From Trichoplax adhaerens (Eukaryota > Animalia > Placozoa): a stretch of 64,000 bases of DNA. Positions 31,197 through 43,496 of the stretch are shown piece by piece; the first letter of the stretch is position 1, and each line of letters starts with the position of its first letter. The stretch spans positions 62,001-126,000 of the forward strand of contig NW_002060964.1 in assembly GCF_000150275.1 (NCBI RefSeq). The letters are read 5' to 3'. Both the position numbers and the translations under genes were made by a program. The notes under the pieces are model-generated. The model was not told where the DNA came from. It did no database searches and saw only the letters and a list, made by a program, of their open reading frames with translations.

Positions 31197-34100
31197 ATGT
31201 CGGCTATTAAGGATTTAAATCCCAATGCAGAAATCGCTCGTGCAGCTCAAGCTTTACAACTCAATATTTCTGCTGCAAGAGGTTTACAGGATGTGCTTAA
31301 AAGTAACTTAGGCCCTAGAGGAACAATGAAAATGTAAGTACCCATTTTTTCGTAAGAGACTTCTTGTTAACTAAGGCAGTTTGCAACAACTGGTAATTAG
31401 CGTAGGGTCGATTTTCTCCATGCGCCTAAAACTGAATCAATGACCAAGTTGACCAGGCTTGCTAATCGAAAAAGAGCTTCTTGATAACTCTTTTATTCCT
31501 TGCAATTGACTTTAGAATGAATAAAAGACAATAATTTCACTTCTGATTCAGCCAGATTTAACGCAATTTCGACTTTGTAGAACAGTACTGTACTATTACC
31601 GTATGTTATATTACAGTATACTGTGGTACTGGCATGATGCACGTGATAGCAACTGTTGGATTTAGTAACCACTTGAAACGTGGAGTGGATTTGACAACCG
31701 CCAAACTCACCTAGAATGGACAATTTCTCACTCTGATACAGGAGTAGTATAGCTGTAATGATGTTAGATGATATGGGATCAAATTTATTATTTTAAATTG
31801 AATATCTACAAGAAAAAAATGTCGAATCTCTTTAGTACTGCGTACAAACATCAATCGCTTATCATTATAACTACCGTACGGTACAGTACTGGATAATAAT
31901 CGATCTGATTCGTGTTTGCTCGCTATTCCATGCTTCTAAATGATACTTTAGCTATTTCCCCTTCATAATAATAAATAATTACGTATTGAAATCGACCGAA
32001 TTGAAGTGATGCAATAAATGAAATAGTTATGATTGCCGCTAAAAATGAGTATGGCGATTTCACCCGATATCATTTTCAGTAAAACGTCTATTTTTTACAA
32101 GTTTTCAATCAAATTTTAAAAGAAGTAGTGGTACATTTACTGGCATTGCAAGAAATGAGAGCCATTGCAGTAATGATATAGTGTGTCGTTAATTGCTTAT
32201 TTCTTGTCGGTAAAGATCTCGGATAATATCCTAAATAGTAATCTAACCAAGAAAGTTCGTACTTATGAAGAACAATTTGATACATAACTTAGCCATTGTA
32301 ACATTAGCATATTGCCCTAAAATAGACTATTTATACATGTACTTGAAGTTATCAACATTTTACAATTAATACTATATACGAGTAGAATGCGTACAAGGAG
32401 CTAAAAATTGATCTCAATAGAGGCAAAAGCTTTCCTCTCGCTTTTAGACCAAAACTATATTCAATGGCTCCTTCACGTGCCATAGCTATATCTTATTATT
32501 ATACCTCTCAACTTCATAGTGCAAACCTTTATTCGTAATCGCAAAATCTACACTAATAAGTGCTGTAACGTACAAACTTGCTAAATCAACGTGTCTATTG
32601 CTTTTATCTCTTGAACTGTAGGCTTGTTTCTGGTGCAGGTGATATCAAAATTACTAAAGATGGTAACGTCTTATTACATGAAATGGTAAGCAATCATAGG
32701 TTTTGAGCGTTAATTACGCTATCCGTCTTACTAACATATATACGAACATATTATCTTGTTAATAACCACGTTTTAGCAAATTCAACATCCTACAGCGTCA
32801 TTGATTGCTAAAGTTGCCACAGCTCAGGTTAGTTTCCAACTCTCTTGAATGAGTTGGGAAATCCTTATTACAACATACTGCATATTTAGTATGTATCTGT
32901 ACTCCAAAATATCGAATGCTGTAGTAAGTGTAATCTATCACATTAGGATGATATTACTGGCGATGGAACAACATCAAATGTATTGGTTATAGGTGAATTG
33001 CTAAAACAGGTTGGTAGCCAAAGATAAAAAATGCCAAGGTTTGACCCATCATTGTTAAATCATCACTTTAATAAACTTTATAGGCTGATCATTATGTATC
33101 CGAGGGACTACATCCTAGAATTATTGCTGAGGGTTTCGATTTAGCAAAGAAAAGAGCTTTAGAAGTTCTTGATGAAGTTAAAGTTCAAAGCGATATGGAT
33201 CGTGATGCTCTAATAAATGTAGCACGGACAGCTTTGAGAACAAAATTAGCTGTTGAGATTGCTGACAATTTGACGGAGGTAAGAGATTAAACTATACCAC
33301 AAGTAATGACGATAGCAGTCTCTGTAGACATAAAATGAGATTGACTTGGCAAATCTGCAAATATTGAAACAATTATTTTAGTTACTTTTGATTTATCTGG
33401 AATGTTACAATCGTTCCATTTACAGTTTAAAATATTCATTGATGTAATCTTATGATAATTATATAGATTATTGTAGATGCCGTCTTAGCTATACGTAAGC
33501 CAGATCAGCCAATCGATCTCCATATGGTAGAAGTTATGTCTATGCAGCATCAAACTGGAATTGACACTAGGTTTGTTTGCTACGTTTTATTATGAATAAA
33601 AGTGCGTTAAATGTTATTACTGTATCAATTTACTCCAAACTTACATTCGTTAACCTATTTTTATGTGTTTATTTATATAGATTGGTTCGAGGCTTAGTTT
33701 TAGATCATGGTTCTCGTCACCCCGATATGAAAAAGAAAGTTTCTAATGCGTATATCCTTACGTGCAATGTATCATTGGAATACGAAAAAAGGTAAGTAGC
33801 ACTAACTAGGATTGCTACTGACTCTCTTCCATCATTAACGTTTCTATACTTTACAGTGAAGTCAATTCAGGATTCTTTTATAAGAGTGGTGCTGAACGGG
33901 AAAAGTTAGTTGCTGCCGAGCGCAAATTTACTGACGATAAAGTTCAAAAAGTTATTGATTTGAAACGAAAGGTATTTACACACTATTTACTTTACAGTCA
34001 GTAATTATAAACGCGTTAACGCCAGGCACAATGTTATCTGCTTTTAATTAGGTATGCGATACACCCGACAAAGAATTTGTGGTTATCAATCAGAAGGTTA

Positions 34101-35669
34101 GCTGCTTTCTTTTTTTAATAATAATAATCTATTAACGATGCAGCATAAGTCGCAGCAAACAGAATTTACTTCATAAAATTTTTCAACGATGAATTCCTGC
34201 ATTAAAAATACATTTTATTTATTGCTTGAAGGGGATTGATCCCGTTTCCTTAAATATGCTAGCAAAGGAAGGCATTGTAGCCCTTAGAAGAGCAAAACGT
34301 CGCAATATGGAGAGGTAGATATACGTCGAATGAAAAGTTTTGTAGTTATCTTAGTGATCATAATTATTGAGACACTCTTCTACTTATATTCATCATTTAA
34401 AGGCTAACATTAGCTTGTGAAGGTACTGCCATGAATTCTGTGGAGGAATTAAGCCCCGATATTCTTGGTCATGCGGGTCTTGTTTATGAGCATGTTCTGG
34501 TTAGTTTAGTAACTGTGCTAACCTTTATAAATACTTCAATGATGATTTAATATATTATTCACCGTCTTGACATGACTACTGTAGGGCGAGGAAAAATTTA
34601 CCTTTGTTGAAGACTGCAAGCAACCTTATTCTGTAACCATTCTAGTTAAAGGTTAAACTAAAATCAATATTTGTGTTATTACAATAACATATAAAATAGT
34701 AATTAATTCAACGATTGCTATCTCCATTTAATATTTTACTATATTTATTAGGACCAAATAAACACACTATCACTCAAATAAAAGATGCAATCCATGACGG
34801 ATTGCGTGCTGTTTTGAATGCAATTGAAGATGGTATTATTAGATTATTTTATATTTCTTTATGACCATTTACGAGAGTTGTACGTCGTAGTCAAACCTTT
34901 CGGTATGAATTACAGTATCAATTAGTAATTGCTCTATTTAATTTTTAGGTGCTTTAGTACCTGGCGCTGGTGCTTTCGAAATTGCCGCACATGAAAAGCT
35001 TATGAAATATAAAGACACTGTGAAAGGTCGCGCCAGGCTGGGAGTGCAAGTAAGTTGCAACTAGTATAGCGCTAACTCACAAGAAAAATAATTTTTTACT
35101 TCACCTTATTGAGTGTACTTTTTACGTTTAGGCTTACGCTGACGCATTGCTTATCATACCTAAAGCGTTGGCTCAAAATTCTGGATTAGATGCACAAGAC
35201 GCTATCGTTAAATTACAGGTGCGGATCGTATAGAAAATATCTTCCTTTTTAATCTATTAATAAGTGTATTTATTTATTATATTGCCATCCTATAGGAAGA
35301 ATATCAGACTAATGGAACATGTGTAGGACTTGATTTAGTTTCAGGTTTGACTTATCATGTTGGTCTTAACGTTAATATAGATTTTATTGTCATCTAAGAA
35401 TATTACAAAACTGTTTACAACAGGTGATGCGATCATTCCAGCTGATTGTGGTATCTGGGATAATTACCGCGTGAAAAGGCAGCTATTGCACTCTTGGTAA
35501 GGCTATTACTACGGTAGAATAACAAGATTAGTTAATGATCCTTTATAAACATGTTAATATTAATGTGTTTGCGTTTTCGTGATATAATTCGTGTAGTACC
35601 GTCATTGCTAGCAATCTGCTCCTTGTCGACGAAGTCATGCGGGCTGGGATGTCTTCTCTGAAAGGATAA
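31197..35669 (+). CDS. CCT6: T-complex protein 1 subunit zeta (chaperonin CCT6), about 18 exons
   Basis: [33 protein letters not shown]|[21 protein letters not shown]|[60 protein letters not shown]. Confidence 0.98.
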
Positions 35670-37840
35670 TATAGATTTACAATTTTACGATATCCGAGTA
35701 GTGGTTTAAACCTTTTCGATATCATTGATAATGAATTAATTATTATTGCTGAAGTGTAAGTTAATATTAGAAATTCTTCTAATATTACGTAATTGTGAAC
35801 TTTTCAAAACATATAGACTTTTATGATTTTCTTTTCGTTTAATTTATGTATGATAATTTATCTCAGCGCATTTTGATCGTGCTACAGTTATGGTGCACGT
35901 TTGTCACTGTGTAGCTCCTTTATAGCAGACAATTTTAATAAATTCGAATTTTTGAAGAGGATTGAATTTCATATCTTGCGTTTTGGCTAACTTTTAAATT
36001 GAGTTTGGAACAGCTGAATATTGTTCTTATCCGAATTCGTAATGATTTAGAGAAAACGGTGCTACATGCAGTGTTCATTATTTTATAAGTTAGCCGACTT
36101 GTAGTTTTCACCATGGCTGACATACGGTACCGTACTTTTAAATTCTTATACCATATCCTTATGTAATGTTAGTAGGATCTACGCAGTTATATTATTAAAA
36201 TTGTTAAAAAGACAACAGTAAATATTAATGAACCCGATGTATTTATGTCCGAGGTTTTAGGATCGTAAAAGTACAGAATAAATAAGAAATTTATTTGTAA
36301 TAGCTAATCAAACCGTAATGTATATGTTACGACCGTTCCTAAAAAGAATGAATTTTGCCCTTAAGAAAGTTACGGTTAATCTTGAGAATCCAATCATTCT
36401 TAAGAATGTCCGGCCATTCCTAAGAATTGGCCGATAACATAATTTCACGCATTAAATACGAGAATCAGAATACTATATCCCGCCAATAGTGCACGGACCA
36501 GTAATCGCAAATACTACATAAGTATTCTATTCTTACGAGCATATAGCCCTTGATAGTAATTCAATACTTGGTAGGAATTAACCTGAATCCTTAATTCACG
36601 GTACCATAACAGGTTATACAGTACGAAAGCATGTAGCGATTATGGTGACACATGTCGTAGTAATTAATTTATCTATTAGCCCCAGGACTAACCATTAGCC
36701 GTCAGTATATTTTCACAAATAATTCATCTTACGATAGCTAGAAAGTTTACAAAAGTTGTTAAGGTATCGTGCATTTAGTTGAGTATTGGATATGAATATC
36801 GGATTAAATTATTTGCTGTTAGTCATGAATTCGTTAAAGCGCAATCTTGTAGATTACTATTCCATGTACAAACAATAAATTTATCTTGCAATAGACGGCA
36901 TACGAACTAGACAGGGAAGACTGATCGAAAGTAATTTTAATAGCAACTATTATTTGTTAAGGAGCAATATTGTATTGATCTTATTTTAATATTAAAGTAA
37001 GTCACATCTATTAAAATGCTTTACAACAATACTAACATGTGTAATATCATGATTTACTAGCAATCTTAAAGATGCTATACTTATACATAGTAAAACTAGA
37101 TTTAGTGTTGATAAGATGAACTTATTCAAAGCTAGCTTAAAAATTGCAACAGATGCGTGCATATGAACAACTATAACTAGGCTGTATATCATAGCAAACC
37201 ATAAATGACCAAGATAAATATGAATGAATTACCCCTATTATTTGTAAGCCACAAATAAACCAGTTTCATGCAGTTAGATTAAATTTTAGCCATAAATAAA
37301 TCAGTTAAAGAAAGCTTTATTATATAACGTTATCTTAATTAAAAGTATTTTCTATACATATATCTAACGCTTAAAAAATTATTACGAACATTATCAAACT
37401 CAAGGGTCAGTATAAATGCTTTAATAATATAATTTAAGTATTATTCTGTTCCCAATTATAATATAATAGGTTCAGTTTAAAGCTAATGTATGATACGCGT
37501 ATAGACAACAACATTTTATTCCAGGAAAATCTGGCTAATTATTTTAAGTAATATTTAGCGATTCTAAATAAATTGTCATATGCATAATTCTGCATACTTT
37601 AATTCAATTACCACCTTATATAATATTGAATGGCATTTTTAAGTGTTTCAACAACAATATTTATATTTGTAACCATCTTTGATTAATGGATGGATAGACA
37701 ATGCGTTAATACATGAGTTAAAAGGATAGCAGATCAGCATAAGGAGTGAAATTATCGCTATTTCTTGATTTATGTATTAAAAAGCTATCTGTTTCACGAT
37801 TCTTACAAGCGTTTATGACTATTCTACATTATCCATCGAC

Positions 37841-38650
37841 TTATTTACAAGGAAGTGAGCAATTATAAGCCACCTTAGTGCATGCATAATCATCTTCATC
37901 GTAATACTTGCTACCAATTGGTTTATTTTCTATCAAGCAATGCCTACTACAAAATTTAAGTGAAACTTTGCATTCTATGTCATTGGTTGGGACTATCGCT
38001 GTACCTAAAAGTAGAAGTTAAAACGAAATAAGATTGCCATTTTAGTCCGTATTCTGGTTATATACAGAACATTCTATTAAAATTTAAGAAGTAATCAGTT
38101 CGTTTTTACACGATATTTTATTAACAAATTTACCAGAAGGCAGCGAAGCATTTGTGCTTTCAACGGTAGGCATCAAGGTCATTTTATGGCGTTTGTAAAT
38201 TTGTGAACTAAAATCAACTTGGCCTATAAAATTTGTTTTGCACATCTCAGATATGTAGGGGTACTTGAGAAGAGATTCGCGGAACATTTCTACCCGAATT
38301 TTATTACCATGCTTATATAATAATAGAACGATAACGTTAGCTTTTTTTCGTGTCGATATAACATTTTCCAAACTCTTCTACTTGGTAACAAGATTTACTA
38401 GAAATCTCCAAACCAGTCCATTAGAGCTAGAATATTGACTAAACTTTATTATTCTTATTATGTTATTATACAGTTGAATAAAGCTAGCGGTTAACTAACG
38501 GTTTACTAACGGCATATTAAAATAGCAACAAATGCAATAACATTCTTACAACTAAGATTACGGTCGATAATTAATTCATAACAAATGATATAATATCAGA
38601 AATGCATTCAGGTAACTATTTTATCTATAGTCTCTTCTATGGACTTACAT
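37841..38650 (-). pseudogene. Candidate small secreted Cys-rich protein gene, probably decaying (split start codon reads ATT; one internal exon is disrupted)
   Basis: Phase-compatible exons 38551-38511 (CKNVIAFVAILIC), 38223-38134 (QVDFSSQIYKRHKMTLMPTVESTNASLPS) and 38004-37841 (GTAIVPTNDIECKVSLKFCSRHCLIENKPIGSKYYDEDDYACTKVAYNCSLPCK*); GT-AG introns of 84-129 nt if 38426-38308 is also an exon; no recognised homologue. Confidence 0.5.
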
Positions 38651-41600
38651 ACTGTAAATTTTGGGCTTAAAGGAATATGCTACTACAGTCAATCAGAATA
38701 AGTTTGAATCTTAATAAGCTTATAATGTTGAACTGTATCAATATACAGTAACTAAAAAAATCTCATTTCGTAACAGCCGATAAAATATATTTTAATCAAT
38801 CTTGACTACTTCTGTAATTTAGACTTAATTGAACTATTAAAGCTATTCGAAACAATCAGCAGAATACTGTAAATATTGTATAATATACAAGAAACTCTTT
38901 CGAAACTAGTACAGTTTTAATGGTAATTACAGAATTGCACCGTAGCATATTAACAAAGCGTTATACATAATTCTAACGCTGAATTAGAGTGTAGGACCTC
39001 CAATTGTTATGATTGACTGTTGCAGAACACTGAACGTACTATATAAAATATAAAAGACTCTTTCTAAACTAAGACAATTCAGTCATAAATAATAGAACAA
39101 TATCTTCGTATGGCGTGGTAGTATTTGCTATTAAATTGGAGCATAAAATCTTTGATATATAATTACCAGTATTTACAGTTAATAGTTTAGTAATATTGTT
39201 ATAAAGATATTGCTTCATCCGAGCTCAGCAGTATGTAATTTTTACTCCCTATATATTTGGGCATTATCGTGAGGGCACTCATGTTGGATTCTATTATAAT
39301 TATTGGCGTTTAATTAAGTTAGCAATATTGTCATGATAGAATGACTTCGCTTATGGGATAGCAGTACTACTCCATGTATCAGTGATAAAAAATATTAGAA
39401 TAGGGGTTAGAATAGGTTTGGTTGAAAACATTATATTGTCATGATGAAAAGCTTAATTCTTTAGATGAGCAAAATCTATTGCTATATTTATTTTATAGCT
39501 AACATTTTGCCTTACAGGACTGTGTCTATGAGTAAAACAAACCTATCCGATAAATTTTCGTTTAGCATGATATTGCATACCTAAACTAGAAATTAACCAT
39601 AGTTATTAAAAGCTACGAGTATAAAAGACATGCGTGCAGACTTGAGGCATACAGAGATTAGTGCATTCTATCTTCTGGAAAATGCTACAACTAGAGAAAT
39701 AAAAGCGTAATTGCAAGAAGAGCTGGGATGAAAAGCGATATAGCCAAAACTATGTTTGCTTCTAAATTTAATCTCGTATACTTAGAAAGTCAAGTGGCTA
39801 CTACCGCAGTATAAGCAATTTTTTTCAGACAGTATAAGGAATTTATTTGATAGGATAAATGTATCGACCACTTGTGCAGCTGGGAAGGTATTGCTAAATG
39901 CCAGACTGAACTTCATTTTAAATTGGCAAAAGTGACAGTAGCTAAAGAAAACAGGTTCTTTTGAAATTAATTAAGTAGGCACGGTATATTCCAAGATCTT
40001 CAAGTAAAGATTCACGGAGTGTTTAGGTAATTTTTTCGAGTATCAAAAGGATAAGAAATAGGCTCGCGTTACATTTATTTTAAGACTAAATAAAGCTAAT
40101 GTAAATAAAATTGCGATCCAGAAATTTTTTGTGGACTAAATATTAACTTGGTTAACTTATTTTAAGTTGAAGAGGATTTCATCCATAAGAAGATGCTATG
40201 ATAATAGTTGCATGAAAGAAAATAAACTGAGAATAATTGTGACTTTATTTTAGGTACTTACTTAGAAAGTAAATTTATCATTATCCATATGCAATCCAAA
40301 TTAATAAAATTTAAGGAGAATTAATATAGGTCTAGTTTTCCATATCAGTTCAAGAGAGATTACTTATTTATAAAGTCGTTTAGCTTAACAGTAATAAATT
40401 TATAGAAATGGGATAAAGCTCGAAGTTTTACTATCGATAATTAAATTGTCACTAATTGTTTCAACTAGCGCATTCTTCCAATATCATTGTCTTATTAAAC
40501 GATAATTCTAATAATTTAATTTCTGGGAATCAATCTTTAAATGGTAATTCAATTCTTTTTTACCGCCAACAGCGGATAGAAATATTCCAATCTTGCCGGA
40601 CTAATTGAGATTTAGGAAATATTTTATAATAGAAAATAGTCGATGTAAAACATATCTGTATATAGTTAACAGCTTTTATAACTTAGATGCTTATCGTATT
40701 TATTTACCAATACAAATATAAAAGAAATCAGACTACCTATAAACTGATCGTTTGACAGATATGAGATTTCTAGTAATTGCTATTTAAAATCACTGATTGC
40801 ATTTAACGGTTATCAGGCGTTGATTTAAGGTTCAAAGGTGAAATTGTATGTAATTTGGATCCGCTTTTCTTTTAAATCAAGTAAGCATATCTAGTAATGA
40901 CTTGGTCAATGGAATACAATAAAAAGATGATAAGCAAACCCAGTATATCCGATTAATTTCCAAACTGGATAAATAGACATTTTTATGGGCTATACAAAAT
41001 AGCTGTCTATTACCCCTCAAAGTAAACTACTGTATATCCAATAAAACTTAATAAATGACCTTAAATAGTCATAATATCAATATTAATAAACGAGCCGATT
41101 CAAATCTATCATTTCAAATATTAATATAAATACTAATAGAAATCGATCACGTATTAACTGACATTTATAATTTTATCACTGGCATGTATAATTCTAGCTG
41201 GTTTTTCAGCTGTAAAGGTAAGAATATATTCATCAACCAGTTTATGCTAGACGTATTCAAATTATTGACAATCAACGTAAAGGATATTCATTGTCTTTTA
41301 TTTCTAGATGTATTATGCCCGTCCAAACTTCTGTTGGTTCATAAACAATATTATAGAAAAAGTCTAATCATGATTTTATTATTGACCACCCCCTTTTTTG
41401 CTCCTAAAAATCAGTACAAGTCAACTATCATATCTATTAGAACAAATACGCATTAGTAGCACTTTTAATCCTAATAAATTGATCAATTTTTATTGGATGC
41501 TATAAAGCAGTGGAAGAATCAGATAAAACTATTTACATAGAAGAGATTACAAGAGATTCCTTTTATTTTGTATTTGTATAGTTGCAATTTAATATCCTTT

Positions 41601-43316
41601 AAGTTGATATAGATCTTAAGAAATCCAAGTACAGATAAATTTAATTTAAATAATGATGGGTGTGGTAAAAACAGCATGATAGCGGAAGATTTCTTTATCT
41701 GTTTGAATTAACTTAAGTACTGAATGATAGAAAAATTCATCCGAATTCCCCATCAATATCTATGTGCTATCGGCATAAGTTGCTATAATTATATCTGAAT
41801 CTACGTTCAATATCTAGTACTGATACGACAATGCAACTGGAAATACAATTTATTATTCAATAACGTAAATAAAGTAAATAATGTAGTATCCTATACAGTT
41901 ATTACAAGATAGTATGAAAATCTTCTACATTTTTATCAATAAACGGTAGCGCTCCAACATGAAGATTGAAATAGATCATATATTCTGAAAGTAATTAACT
42001 GGTGCAATTCTACGTCTGTCATATTGAAATGATCGAGCTATCGATAGAAACTTTATCAAATTCTCTTTCTAATTTAGCTAACAATTATTGTCACTTTAAC
42101 TAATACCTAATAAATCCATAAATAATTGAGTTGCATTTACAAGCTTTATGTTGAGTACTATTTCGTTATATGGGATTAACTATAGGGTAATGTTAATGGT
42201 ACGAAGTAGACTTTATAACTTTATAACTTTATTGGGTGATCTCTGGATGAAATCAATGCAGGATTAAATGAATAAATTTGCTTTACCTTTTCCCGTCTAC
42301 AATTCATTCTGGTGATATTATATTTAAAGTAACCAAATGAAATTAACATGTATATTTAAAATTTGATATTTTTGCATAGAATTATAGATAAATTACTTTA
42401 GATACTTAAAAAAAACAAAAATAAAAACTTGTCAAATAAAAATTTATCATAGCCCACCCCTATTCCTTGTTCTGATTCTTTTAAAATAACATTAAGTTCG
42501 ACTTGTTCGACTTGGAATTATTAAATAGATAGTGAAGAACGGATAAAGCGACATCGATAGACATTTAGGCAGATATTGTCTGGAATATTGCGTCAAATAT
42601 AATTGATAGCTTTAAAACATGAGCTAACTTACCACTATATCAGTTATTAATGCCTTGGATAAAATTCGAGCCACTTTATCCACCTTCCTCATGGTATTGC
42701 CTATCATTAATCTTCTGTTAAATGTCGTTAAGAAACAAATACCACCATGACGTAACTTCAAGACAGCCATTTTCTATTTTTGAGAATAAATAGAATGATA
42801 GACTGTGTAACGTATTCTATGCTTGCTAATGATATATTTACTTGAAATTAAAAAATAAATTGTCACTACATAATTTCATCGCTACAACCAAGATAGAATA
42901 ATAAACAAAATCTATTGATGATTATGATCAAGGATTGACGTTATTATTTAAACAAGAGGTAATAAAAGGCCAATCTTATATAATTAGAATATTCACTTAA
43001 CCAATAATGCTGATATAATGAATATTTAGCTTTATTTATAAGGATATATATGAATATATGCAGTACTACTATATCTACATTACAGGTAGATTGTATTCTC
43101 CTGTAATCTACGACATTAAAGGTTAAATATTTAAGAATGTTCAAATAAAACAATACTTAATGGATGTATTTATCAAGTTTTCAATTTAAAGCAGTAACAG
43201 AGTATCACTAAGATATGAAACTATGTTGCACTATCCATGGTGATACAATCTGAGATAGTCTATTGCTTAGCACAGAGCAAGTAAAGTAAATTTATTCAAT
43301 GTTACTGTAAATAAAA

Positions 43317-43496
43317 TTATGTTCTCCAAACCTCTAGTGGATCAACCATGACTGCAAACATTAATCGGTCATTCTGAAATGGAAGATCCGATGTTAGTTT
43401 CTTCTTCACGTCGGTACTCACTATTGGTATAGCGTAGGCCATGCAATGGAGCGTAATCCATGAAAGACATAAAAGAATGGCGATGAAAGACAACAT
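43317..43496 (-). CDS. Candidate signal-peptide sORF, or first exon(s) of a small secreted protein (59 aa unspliced)
   Basis: MLSFIAILLCLSWITLHCMAYA-IPIVSTDVKKKLTSDLPFQNDRLMFAVMVDPLEVWRT*; in-frame stop just upstream of the ATG; locally higher GC than its flanks. Confidence 0.35.
   Translation of the reverse strand: MLSFIAILLCLSWITLHCMAYAIPIVSTDVKKKLTSDLPFQNDRLMFAVMVDPLEVWRT

Noticed and set aside
31334-35596. Intronic snoRNAs in CCT6 (vertebrate CCT6A hosts H/ACA snoRNAs)
   Set aside because: No convincing C/D or H/ACA architecture by eye; a snoRNA or Infernal scan would be needed
39620-39965. Tc1-like HTH or zinc-finger-like fragments (TTREIKA*LQEELG; C..HLCSWEG)
   Set aside because: Stop-interrupted, too short and without supporting motifs or inverted repeats
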